Position numbers and translations under genes: made by a program | Shown: positions 1 through 8,475 of the stretch, in pieces | How the letters are laid out: each line of letters starts with the position of its first letter | Position numbering within the stretch: position 1 is the first letter of the stretch | From: a virus | Taxonomy: Duplodnaviria; Caudoviricetes | DNA length: 28,934 bases | Virus record (IMG/VR): IMGVR_UViG_3300042988_000877 | Location: 1 to 28,934 of that record | Strand: one strand, 5' to 3' | The notes under the pieces: generated by a model | Told to the model about the DNA's origin: nothing | Seen by the model: only the letters and a program-made list of their open reading frames with translations | Databases searched by the model: none

Positions 1-2247
1 AACATTGCCGTGCCTGCGGGGGGTACGACGAACGACTGGTATGTGCTGGTTTTTGGGTGTGATGGCGCGAATACAATTACGGCAACGGATTTTACGCAGA
101 TTATCACCCGCGTTGACCCGGATGAAAGCTGCCGCCTTTCGGTCTATGCCCGGAAATATACAGGAGGCGAGGGCGCAAACTTCGCGCTAGGCTCCACGGC
201 ATCCGAGCAGGCTAACGCATGGTGCGCGCTGATTCGTGGCGTGCCTTCCAGCATTACGACCCCGGCGGATATTTTCGACGCAATCAGCGTGTGCATGTCG
301 CAGCCTATGGGGACAACGGCGTGTTTCTTCCCGCAGATTTACGCGGAGACAGACGACACGCTTGGAATCGTCGCTTATGTGATGGATGGCGGGATTGCTA
401 ATACGGGAACCACGGGAACGCCCTCCGGCTTTACGTCATCCTATCAGGATGCCAGCGGGATTGCCGGGGTGGGGATTTCGGTAGCGACTCAGGATTACAC
501 GACTTCGGGTTACAAGGCGAAGGGTTCGTTTACGCCATCAGCCGCTACCGATTCCTATATTTGTGTGCACCTTGCCATTAAGTCCACTACCACGGCGGAT
601 GCGCTACCGAATCAGCCGGTCTTGAAGTGTATGGAGTATTTCCAGAACACGGTGCTAACGGGTTCAATCTTCGCCAGCGTTCCGTTTGGTTCGGTTGAAA
701 ACAACGCTCTGATACTCACGGGCAATTGTGAGTTTGACCATTTCTCGATTGATGCGGATTTCACGGCGATACAAACAGGAAACACGGGAACGGCGGTATA
801 TGGTGGGGCGTGGTATAGCATCTGCGATGGTTCGCTACCAAGCACCTATAGCGTTTTCACCAGTACGTCCTCGGCCAAGCAATATTGCTTAATGCGGTTT
901 ATTAATAATGCACGCACCAGCGCCTTTGTGGATGCGAGTTCTAAAACCACGGGGACAACGGATAGCTCTGCCATTGCGCCAAGCGTCACGCCCACGGTGG
1001 ATAACTGCTTCATTCTGCGCCTATACGGCAACGATGATGATGATGTGACCTATGACAGCGGCTATCCGGCCAGCCATACGGGGCTATTCTGCTTTCCCAG
1101 CACGACCGGCGCGGATTTGGGCTTTACGGGGGCTTACACCACACAAACCACAAAGACCTCAACGGGAACCGCCACAAAGACGCTGAATGCGGCTGAGGAA
1201 TGGTGGGCGATGACGGTTGCGCTGGCTCCTTATGTATCGTCAGGAACGACGTACAACGACAGCCTGACGGAATCCGCCACCGCGAGCGACACGGAAACGG
1301 CCATACGCACGGCAAGCGCCAGCTTTACCGAAAGCAGCGGGGCGACAGATACCAATGCGGCAACCCGTTCTGCTTCCCCGGCAGTAAGCGAATCGGCAGC
1401 GGCGACGGATTCCTTTGCTTCGGTTAAGATACTGAGTGAGTCCCTGACGGAATCGGCAACGGCAAGCGATTCTGTCAGCGCCAACAAGACCAATCGTGCA
1501 AACCTGAGTGAAAGCGCCGCCTCTACGGATTCTGTGGCTGTTGCGGTAACTTCGCAACTATCCGCGACAGAAACCGCCACAGCAAGCGATACGCAGGCAG
1601 CGACAAAACGGACTGCGGAATCCATCAGCGAAACGGCAGCAGCCACAGACAACCTTACCGGTTCTGCCAAATCTTCTGCCACCTATTCCGACTCTGCGGC
1701 CTCTACCGATGAAATAAACGGCATTGCCATTGCAACCGGCGCCGTTACTGAAACCGGCACGGTAGCCGACAGCTATACGGAAACCGGCGGCGGTGGGCAG
1801 AATCTCCTAAGCGAAACGGCATCCGCAAATGACAGTTATGCGGTTGCGGTGATTCAGTACGAGCCGCTTACGGAATCGGCAGCCGCAAACGACAATTACG
1901 ACTCCAGCTTAACGCCGTCGGTCGATCAGCCCGAAGAACCCGTGACAGGAGGCCCGGCGGATGGTGCATGGTCGCGTTACCTGAAATGGCTGAAGCGCAA
2001 GAAGCGGAAAGAGTGGAAGCAGAATCTCGATCTCCCCGAGCCGGTGATTGAGGAGATTGTCAACGCGGCGGCGCTGGAGGTGATTAAGCAGCAGCCCTTC
2101 CTCGCGCAGTATGATTTCGAGGAGGATCGCCAGACAATCCAGCAAGAGGTGATGCGGGTTTACGAGCGCGTCATGCGCGAGTCGGTCGCAAAGCAGATTA
2201 AGTTTAACCAGGAAGAGGAGGAGGAGTTTTTCCTCATGATGATGTGA
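1..2247 (+). CDS. Ser/Thr/Ala-rich structural (fibre or decoration-like) protein, 5'-truncated
   Basis: Frame 1 is open from base 1 (NIAVPAGG...), so the true start is probably upstream. It has two related ~200-aa beta-rich domains, 11 copies of a 20-aa repeat, and a basic then acidic-hydrophobic C-terminus (EEEEEFFLMMM). Its stop overlaps the next start (GTGA). Confidence 0.75.
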   Translation, partial: NIAVPAGGTTNDWYVLVFGCDGANTITATDFTQIITRVDPDESCRLSVYARKYTGGEGANFALGSTASEQANAWCALIRGVPSSITTPADIFDAISVCMSQPMGTTACFFPQIYAETDDTLGIVAYVMDGGIANTGTTGTPSGFTSSYQDASGIAGVGISVATQDYTTSGYKAKGSFTPSAATDSYICVHLAIKSTTTADALPNQPVLKCMEYFQNTVLTGSIFASVPFGSVENNALILTGNCEFDHFSIDADFTAIQTGNTGTAVYGGAWYSICDGSLPSTYSVFTSTSSAKQYCLMRFINNARTSAFVDASSKTTGTTDSSAIAPSVTPTVDNCFILRLYGNDDDDVTYDSGYPASHTGLFCFPSTTGADLGFTGAYTTQTTKTSTGTATKTLNAAEEWWAMTVALAPYVSSGTTYNDSLTESATASDTETAIRTASASFTESSGATDTNAATRSASPAVSESAAATDSFASVKILSESLTESATASDSVSANKTNRANLSESAASTDSVAVAVTSQLSATETATASDTQAATKRTAESISETAAATDNLTGSAKSSATYSDSAASTDEINGIAIATGAVTETGTVADSYTETGGGGQNLLSETASANDSYAVAVIQYEPLTESAAANDNYDSSLTPSVDQPEEPVTGGPADGAWSRYLKWLKRKKRKEWKQNLDLPEPVIEEIVNAAALEVIKQQPFLAQYDFEEDRQTIQQEVMRVYERVMRESVAKQIKFNQEEEEEFFLMMM
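1261..1893 (+). repeat. Intragenic tandem repeat with 60-bp (20-aa) period, about 11 copies, core [LVI][TS]E[ST]AxA[ST]D
   Basis: Units start at 1261, 1321, 1381 and so on to 1741 (e.g. agcctgacggaatccgccaccgcgagcgac, tccctgacggaatcggcaacggcaagcgat). The last two units are shifted by one codon. Confidence 0.92.
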
Positions 2248-2585
2248 CGGATTTTATTACCAAAGAAGACATTGATCGGCTGAAGGCGCGAGACATGCGC
2301 TTTCGGGATATTGAGCTGGCTATCCGCGTGGATGAGGAGTTGCGGGATAGCGTTGTGGTGAACCTGATTCTGGAAGCCGCCACCCGCAGATCGGAAACGG
2401 CGCTTGAGCAACTCGCCTTCTGCAACCCCGCAGACACTCTCATGGTGGCCTCCTACCAAGCAGAGGTTCGCTGTGCTAGGTTTATTGTAGAAACTCTTAG
2501 AAAGGTTAGAGAAAACGGCATCCATGCCGCCGCCTCACTGGACGAAGAGGGAGAAATAGAACTTGAGAGGGAAGCTCATGACTGA
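2244..2585 (+). CDS. Small helical phage head-region protein (113 aa) preceding the scaffold
   Basis: GTG start overlaps the upstream stop and its 3' end overlaps the scaffold start. The position is typical of the small ORF found before scaffold genes. Confidence 0.7.
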   Translation: MTDFITKEDIDRLKARDMRFRDIELAIRVDEELRDSVVVNLILEAATRRSETALEQLAFCNPADTLMVASYQAEVRCARFIVETLRKVRENGIHAAASLDEEGEIELEREAHD

Positions 2586-3576
2586 CGAGAATACTGGCGA
2601 CAATACAGCGAATTATGTGGATGACAAACGCAATGCCATCTACGCCAAGCGCGAAGAACAGATCAACGATGATATTGAATATGTGGAAGGTTTGCCAACT
2701 GATGATGCTGCGCCGAGCGCCGATGCTGCTCCGCTGGATACTCAGAACGACGCCCCCGCAACTGCTCAGGACACCGGAGCAGATACTTCGGCAACCGCCG
2801 CTGCAACCGCACAGGAAGAGAAACACAAGCTGATCATCAACGGCCAGCAGGCGGAATATACCACGGAAGAACTCAAGCGCCTTGCCTCCATGGGCATCGG
2901 GGCGCACCAGAAATTTGAGGAAGCAGCACGGATGCGCAAGGAAGCGCAGGAGCTGATGTTCTCAAGACAAGATTCACAGCCCACCGTGAATACCAAACCT
3001 CAACCGGAAAAGAACCAGCATACTCCCACCGAGGAATTGAAGGATATTCTCTACCGGCTTGATTACGGCACAGAAGAAGAACGCATCGAGGCACTGATGA
3101 AGGCCGGTGAGATATTCTCCAAGCAACGCGGCATCCACGGACCCGCACCTGAAGAACTGGTGAATATTGCAGCCACCCAAGCCCTTACCGTCATCCAAGC
3201 GCGTCACGAGCAGGAAATCCTGATGAAAGAGTTCAGCGATATTCTTGCCGACCCTCCCATCGCTCAGGCAACTGACGTTATCGCAAGGCAACTGGCGGAG
3301 AAGTATAATTCTCTGGGGAAAACTCCTCAACGCCTTGAATTGCTGCGCGAGGCAGGAACCATTGCGAGGGAAAGGTATCTTAAACCTGTGCAAACCTCAT
3401 CCTCTGCCCCTCAGCCTTCCAGCGTCATTCCGATGAATGAAAAGCTGGAGCGCAAACGGGCGGCCCCTCAACCTCCTACCGCGGCCAACGCGGTTGCACA
3501 GGCAGCGCCAAAGCAGGATTCAGTATCCCCTTCCTCTGTCATAGCAGCCATGCGAAAGGCTCGCGGCCAAGCCTAA
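2578..3576 (+). CDS. Capsid scaffolding protein
   Basis: Directly upstream of the capsid gene, with an acidic low-complexity N-terminus, a KLIINGQQAEYTTEEL motif, a helical core and a Pro/Ala-rich tail ending AMRKARGQA. ATG 2578 follows GAGAGG and is preferred to TTG 2563. Confidence 0.85.
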   Translation: MTDENTGDNTANYVDDKRNAIYAKREEQINDDIEYVEGLPTDDAAPSADAAPLDTQNDAPATAQDTGADTSATAAATAQEEKHKLIINGQQAEYTTEELKRLASMGIGAHQKFEEAARMRKEAQELMFSRQDSQPTVNTKPQPEKNQHTPTEELKDILYRLDYGTEEERIEALMKAGEIFSKQRGIHGPAPEELVNIAATQALTVIQARHEQEILMKEFSDILADPPIAQATDVIARQLAEKYNSLGKTPQRLELLREAGTIARERYLKPVQTSSSAPQPSSVIPMNEKLERKRAAPQPPTAANAVAQAAPKQDSVSPSSVIAAMRKARGQA

Positions 3577-3591
3577 GAAAGGATTACTACC

Positions 3592-4536
3592 ATGGCTGGT
3601 CAACTCTGGGTGACAAACTCGCTGGGCGGGTTCATGTCAGCCAACAAACTGTCGAACGTGCTGAGGACTGCGGTGCAGCCCCTGGCCAAGTTTCGGCAAT
3701 TCTGCGACGCACGCGATTTCACGGATAAAGGCCTGCACAAAGGGCAGGTGTTTACCTGGAACGTGTATAACAACATCGCAACCCAAGGCACCGTGCTTAC
3801 GGAAACCGCTACCGTACCTGAAACCAACTTTACGATTACTCAGGGAACGGGAACGGTGGTGGAGCTGGGTAACTCGGTTCCCTATACCGGGATGCTGGAC
3901 AATCTTTCCGAGCATCCGGTAACGGAGATCGTGACCAAGGTTCTGAAAGACGATTGCCGCAAGGCTCTCGACCTTCAGGCCTATAACCAGTTCAATGCCA
4001 CCAAGCTGCGCGTAGCAGCCACCGGCGGCACGGACACCACTCTCCTGACGCTCACCACAAACGGTACTTGCTCCACCTCGAACAACGTGGCTCTGGGCAA
4101 GAACCATATCAAGGGCATTGTGGACGTGATGAAGGAGCGCAACATTCCTCCGTATGCGAATGATGAATACTTTGGTATCGCACACCCCACCACCTGGCGC
4201 GGTGTGAAGAACGATCTCGAAGCGGTTTATCAGTATCGTGATGAAGGTTTCGGCATGATTTACAATGGCGAGATCGGCAAATACGAAGGCGTTCGCTTCA
4301 TCGAGCAAAACAGCATTGCCAAGGAAACCTGGGGCGGCGCGAAATCCAACTTCGCCTTCTTCTTCGGTGAGGATACGGTAGCGGAAGCAATCGTGGTTCC
4401 CGAAGAGGTGCGCGGGAAGATTCCGTCGGACTACGGGCGTTCTAAGGGTATTGCGTGGTATTACCTCGGCGGCTTTGCCATTGTGCAGACTCAGGCGCAG
4501 GAAGCTCGCATCGTCAAATGGGATACCAACAGCTAA
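3592..4536 (+). CDS. Major capsid protein, N4-gp56-like family
   Basis: 314 aa with QPLAKFRQF, ELGNSVPYTGML, YNGEIGKYEGVRFIE and DYGRSKGIAWY motifs characteristic of this family. RBS AAAGGA; follows the scaffold. Confidence 0.9.
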   Translation: MAGQLWVTNSLGGFMSANKLSNVLRTAVQPLAKFRQFCDARDFTDKGLHKGQVFTWNVYNNIATQGTVLTETATVPETNFTITQGTGTVVELGNSVPYTGMLDNLSEHPVTEIVTKVLKDDCRKALDLQAYNQFNATKLRVAATGGTDTTLLTLTTNGTCSTSNNVALGKNHIKGIVDVMKERNIPPYANDEYFGIAHPTTWRGVKNDLEAVYQYRDEGFGMIYNGEIGKYEGVRFIEQNSIAKETWGGAKSNFAFFFGEDTVAEAIVVPEEVRGKIPSDYGRSKGIAWYYLGGFAIVQTQAQEARIVKWDTNS

Positions 4537-4560
4537 CAACTTTTTTGAAGGAGATTGAAC

Positions 4561-4950
4561 ATGGGTACAGGACGTTATGACCACCCCGCCTATCTCGTTC
4601 CTCAGTGGCAGCACTTCGGTAAAACCACTGCGGGCGCGGCAGGCACCAGCATCCGGCACACCCCGCCGTATGCGATTCGCATCAAATCCGTAACCGCTGG
4701 CGTGGTAACGGCAGGCACCGTAGCTGGCGCCGCTGCCGGTATCGTTATCCAGCAGGACGGGACGGCGAAGGGTACGATCTCGCTTTCCACCAACGTGGCT
4801 GGCGTATTCGGCACCGCTGGCGGTCTGGACTTCACCGTTCCGGCTGGCGGCACTCTGGCCTTCGTTAATGGTACGGATGCTACTTTTGTGGCGGATGTGT
4901 CGATGGAGTATAAGATCGACCCCGCTGCTTCATGGACGGGCAATACTTGA
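4561..4950 (+). CDS. Putative capsid decoration/cement protein (129 aa)
   Basis: Immediately after the capsid gene, with a strong RBS (GAAGGAG) before ATG 4561. Small, Gly/Ala/Thr-rich and beta-like. Confidence 0.65.
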   Translation: MGTGRYDHPAYLVPQWQHFGKTTAGAAGTSIRHTPPYAIRIKSVTAGVVTAGTVAGAAAGIVIQQDGTAKGTISLSTNVAGVFGTAGGLDFTVPAGGTLAFVNGTDATFVADVSMEYKIDPAASWTGNT

Positions 4951-5951
4951 TGCAAGTATCGTTTATCGTGCCTTGCAGAAACAAGGCGAAGTTTGTGGCG
5001 AGGACGGTGGAAACCGTTCTCGCCCAGACCTACTCTCCGATGGAGATCGTTCTTTCCGATCAGGGTTCCACCGATGGCACTCTGGAAATCCTTCAGAAAA
5101 TGGCAGCGGAATACAAAGGGCCGAATACGGTTCGGGTTCTGCAATGCCCGCATACCGAGTTTCGCGGTATGGCCGGACTCAATCAGCATCTGAATTGGCT
5201 TCATGGCCAGATTACCGGCGATATCGTCATTATGTGTTCGGCGGATGACCTGAATCATCCCGAGCGCGCGGAATGGACGGTAAAGGCCTTCAAGGAGCAT
5301 AACCCATCCTATGTTGGCACCTGCGTGCAATATCTGGATTCTGAATACCGATACCACGGGGAAATGACTGCCTTTGGCATCGTGGACGGAGACTTGGCCC
5401 GGCCCGATTGTTTCGTTGATCCGGTAGAAAATATCATCAACCTTATTGGAAGCTCGGCCTCCTCTGCCTGGTCAAGAGATCTGTTTGAGAAATACGGGCC
5501 GCTGCGCATGGTGGAGTCTCAGGATATCCTGTTGCCCTTCTTTGCCACCTGCGAGCGCGGAATCTTCTATGTCAACAAACCTCTGCATGCCTATGTGCGC
5601 CACGCCTGCGCGAACAATACCGGCATGGAAGGCGTAGTGAGAGCCGCCAGCAAAGAGGCGGGGGCGCTGCTGGAGCGCATCAAAACGGCTGAGGGGGAAG
5701 AGAAAGAGGTGCTGCAATTGCAATATGAGCTGGCGAAATGCACGGAACACGCCTCAGTCGAAACCAACAACTACCACTACACCTCAAATTTCTTCGCCAT
5801 CCTGCGCCGCGTGAACGAAATGCAGATCAACCTGATTCCCGAACTTTATGAGGCGCTCTTACAGAAGGCGGTGGAGGGTGCTAATATATGGACATGCGCA
5901 CGGGATAACCTGACGATGCTGCGCGTAAGACCGGAAGGGATGAAGGTATGA
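4950..5951 (+). CDS. Glycosyltransferase family 2 (GT-A fold)
   Basis: VSFIVPCRN...VLAQTY...EIVLSDQGSTDGT, a DxD-equivalent CSADD, and ESQD. ATG 4950 overlaps the upstream stop (TGATG) and is preferred to 4932. Confidence 0.92.
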   Translation: MQVSFIVPCRNKAKFVARTVETVLAQTYSPMEIVLSDQGSTDGTLEILQKMAAEYKGPNTVRVLQCPHTEFRGMAGLNQHLNWLHGQITGDIVIMCSADDLNHPERAEWTVKAFKEHNPSYVGTCVQYLDSEYRYHGEMTAFGIVDGDLARPDCFVDPVENIINLIGSSASSAWSRDLFEKYGPLRMVESQDILLPFFATCERGIFYVNKPLHAYVRHACANNTGMEGVVRAASKEAGALLERIKTAEGEEKEVLQLQYELAKCTEHASVETNNYHYTSNFFAILRRVNEMQINLIPELYEALLQKAVEGANIWTCARDNLTMLRVRPEGMKV

Positions 5952-6178
5952 AATACGAAGACGGAGAAAGCGCCTACGGTGCAACGCAGGCCGACTATGA
6001 GCGGGGCTTCCTGAAAGTAGGGAACAGCAACGACCCCGCCCTGTGGCCAGAGAATTACCGGCAGCATAATACCTATGCCGCAAACGGTGATCCTTACTCA
6101 ATGGAGGCATGGGATTTTACCCATGGCAAATCGGTGGGTAATGGCTTCCTATCGCGCAACCCAAGAGAAAGGTACTAA
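5948..6178 (+). CDS. Small hypothetical protein (76 aa)
   Basis: ATGA overlap with the GT2 stop and a GAAGG RBS. Confidence 0.7.
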   Translation: MKYEDGESAYGATQADYERGFLKVGNSNDPALWPENYRQHNTYAANGDPYSMEAWDFTHGKSVGNGFLSRNPRERY

Positions 6179-6179
6179 A

Positions 6180-6329
6180 ATGGAAAAGGCTAAAGAGGGT
6201 AAAGACCCCTCCACCAAAAACCCCGTCTTTGATGACAAGAACGGCAACTACACCCGTGACGACTCCGGCGGCCCCGGCTTCAGCAACTACAATGCGAAGT
6301 TCGGTGACGGCGGCAAAGTCACCAAGTAA
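6180..6329 (+). CDS. Small Gly/Lys/Asp-rich hypothetical protein (49 aa, MEKAKEGKDP...)
   Basis: ATG 6180 lies 1 nt after the previous stop with AAAGG upstream. It is the 3' part of track ORF 6075..6329. Confidence 0.65.
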   Translation: MEKAKEGKDPSTKNPVFDDKNGNYTRDDSGGPGFSNYNAKFGDGGKVTK

Positions 6330-6340
6330 GGAGCGTTGTC

Positions 6341-6505
6341 ATGAATAGAGGTGGCGATAAGGTGGGGAAAACACCGATTCACGTTACTCAGGGAAAATCC
6401 ACTCCGGTGGCCGCTGCATCCTATGATGCCAATTACGCCTCTGGCGTTAAGCTGGATGCAACGGAAGAAGACCTGAAAAAAGGCTATTGCACCAAAGGAT
6501 ATTGA
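6341..6505 (+). CDS. Small hypothetical protein (54 aa, MNRGGDKVGK...DATEEDLKKGYCTKGY), not in the ORF track
   Basis: Strong RBS TAAGGAG, ATG 6341, and TGA 6503-6505 overlapping the next ATG. Confidence 0.75.
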   Translation: MNRGGDKVGKTPIHVTQGKSTPVAAASYDANYASGVKLDATEEDLKKGYCTKGY

Positions 6506-6828
6506 TGCGAAGTCTTGATCTTACAAAGCCATACGCGCAGATCCACGGACTCCCCGGAGTCATGTATGAACAGGACGGCGTAAGGTTTGACAGTGGTGGC
6601 AGGGAGAGTGCCGCTCTGGATTTTGACCCTGTGGAAGAAAAGCAGGAATCAGCTCCGGACGAAATTCTCCCTGCCGTTACTGTGATTGAGCAGAAGACAG
6701 AGCCTGCACAGCAGGAACCACAATCCATTGATCAAATGCACTGGCGCCACCTGAAAGCCATGGTGGAGGCCTACGGCGAGCCGTGGACGAATAAAGAAAG
6801 CGCAATCCAGTTTCTAAGAGGGAAGTAG
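6505..6828 (+). CDS. Hypothetical protein (107 aa) with a possible C-terminal Rho-N/HeH-like helical motif
   Basis: TGATG coupling, an acidic linker, and IDQMHWRHLKAMVEAYGEPWTNKESAIQFL, which resembles short helix-extension-helix domains often seen after capsid genes. Confidence 0.65.
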   Translation: MRSLDLTKPYAQIHGLPGVMYEQDGVRFDSGGRESAALDFDPVEEKQESAPDEILPAVTVIEQKTEPAQQEPQSIDQMHWRHLKAMVEAYGEPWTNKESAIQFLRGK

Positions 6829-8471
6829 TGACTTGGCGGAGAGAAGATCCTCAGGGCAATGAGGCAGCGAAGATAGCGGCGATTGTCGTACCATACACAC
6901 AGGGACAGGGATTGGATTTGGGGGCAGGGCCATATAAGGTCTGGCCAAGCGCAACGAGCGTGGATAGCTGCAAAGACTATGGCGGCCAGAAAATCCCCGG
7001 CGTGGATATCAAGAGCGAGCTGGACAGGCTGGATCTGTTTGCCGATGCCACGCAGGACTATGTGTTTTCCTCGCACCTGCTGGAGCATATCGTCGATTAC
7101 AAGGCGGCGCTGAAGGAGTGGTGGCGCGTCATCAAGCCGGGTGGCTATCTGGTTCTCTACCTGCCACATAAGAACTTCTATCCTAATATCGGAGAGGACG
7201 GAGCAAACCCTGATCACAAGCATGACTTCCTGCCGGACGATATTCTGGAGGCCATGAAAGAGGTTGGTTCATGGGAGATGCTGGAGAACGAGGAGCGTAA
7301 TCAGGCCAACGAGTACAGCTTCCTTCAGGTCTACAAAAAAAAGCAGGGCAAGAACGTCCACAAATTCAATATCTGGCAGCGCAACCCCGGCGGCCTCAAG
7401 CGGTGTCTGGTGATTCGCTATGGGGCGATTGGCGATGCCCTGATGGTTTCCTCTATCCTGCCACGGCTGAAAGAGCAGGGTTACTACATCACCTTCAACT
7501 GCACCTCCGCCACAAAGAACGTGCTGCTGCACGATCCGAATATTGACGAATGGCTGATACAGGAGCAGGACTTCGTGCCGAATGCCCACCTTGGGCCGTA
7601 TTGGGAGCAGATTCGTTTTGACGGGCGCTATGACCAAATCATCAACCTGTGCGAGAGCATTGAGGGAGGCCTTCTCACTCTGCCGGGACGGTTGCAGCAC
7701 TATTATCCGGACGAATCCCGCCGCCGCCTTTTTGCCACGGTGAACTATCTGGAGCGCACGCATGACATTGCCGGTGTGCCGCACGAGTTTTCGCCAAAGT
7801 TTTATATGACAGCCGAGGAAGATAAATGGGCCAGGAAGACAGTGGAAGCGTGCAAGACTCCTGTGGTGGCAATAGCGGTGAATGGGTCGGCGCTGCACAA
7901 GGTTTACCCGTGGACGCAGATTGTCGTAGCGTGGTTGCTCCAGAAGACACCGGCGCATGTGTTTCTGCTGGGAGACAAAGGGCAAAGCGTGGAGATACAA
8001 AAGGCTATTACCGACGCTCTCGAAAAGGAATCTATTGACTCCACCCGCCTGCATCCCATGTGCGGCAAGTGGGATCTGCGGCAGAATCTCTCCTTCGTTC
8101 AATACGCCTCTTGCGTACTCGGGCCGGAAACCGGGATGCTGAACGCGGTATGCACCGAGAGCGTGCCGAAGGTGGTAATGCTCTCCCATTCCAGCAAAGA
8201 GAACCTGACAAAGCACTGGAAGAACACCATCGCGCTGGAGCCGGATAAAGAGCGTTGCCCCTGCTATCCCTGCGTGCGCCTGCATTATAGCTGGCAATAC
8301 TGCAATCAGAATGAAACCACTCAGGCGGCGCAGTGCGCGTCTTCCATCACCCCAGAAACCGTGTTTCAATCGGTAGTAGAGTCATTGGGGTTACAGAGAA
8401 TGCCGCTGCCTGAAACAGAACAGAAATCCTTTGTAACGGAAAAAGCCATGACCAGCGTGGAGGCCGCATGA
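6828..8471 (+). CDS. Class I SAM-dependent methyltransferase fused to a GT9 (heptosyltransferase-like, GT-B) glycosyltransferase
   Basis: N-terminal LDLGAG, DYVFSSHLLEHI and WWRVIKPGGYL. C-terminal VIRYGAIGDALM, HKVYP, GPETGMLN, VPKVVM and a CPCYPC..C..C cluster. GTG overlaps the upstream TAG. Confidence 0.9.
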   Translation: MTWRREDPQGNEAAKIAAIVVPYTQGQGLDLGAGPYKVWPSATSVDSCKDYGGQKIPGVDIKSELDRLDLFADATQDYVFSSHLLEHIVDYKAALKEWWRVIKPGGYLVLYLPHKNFYPNIGEDGANPDHKHDFLPDDILEAMKEVGSWEMLENEERNQANEYSFLQVYKKKQGKNVHKFNIWQRNPGGLKRCLVIRYGAIGDALMVSSILPRLKEQGYYITFNCTSATKNVLLHDPNIDEWLIQEQDFVPNAHLGPYWEQIRFDGRYDQIINLCESIEGGLLTLPGRLQHYYPDESRRRLFATVNYLERTHDIAGVPHEFSPKFYMTAEEDKWARKTVEACKTPVVAIAVNGSALHKVYPWTQIVVAWLLQKTPAHVFLLGDKGQSVEIQKAITDALEKESIDSTRLHPMCGKWDLRQNLSFVQYASCVLGPETGMLNAVCTESVPKVVMLSHSSKENLTKHWKNTIALEPDKERCPCYPCVRLHYSWQYCNQNETTQAAQCASSITPETVFQSVVESLGLQRMPLPETEQKSFVTEKAMTSVEAA

Positions 8472-8475
8472 GTCC

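Noticed and set aside
1261-1893. CRISPR array suggested by the 60-bp periodicity
   Set aside because: Repeats are degenerate at synonymous positions and lie in frame within a CDS, so this is a protein repeat. No cas genes are present.
4520-4560. Capsid C-terminal extension by frameshift or readthrough
   Set aside because: The T6 run lies after the TAA stop, no slippery heptamer precedes it, and the next gene has its own strong RBS.
3637-4659. 340-aa minus-strand ORF
   Set aside because: Antisense shadow of the capsid gene, with no motifs; expected from codon bias in GC-rich DNA.
7269-8369. 366-aa minus-strand ORF
   Set aside because: Antisense shadow of the GT9 domain with no recognisable features.
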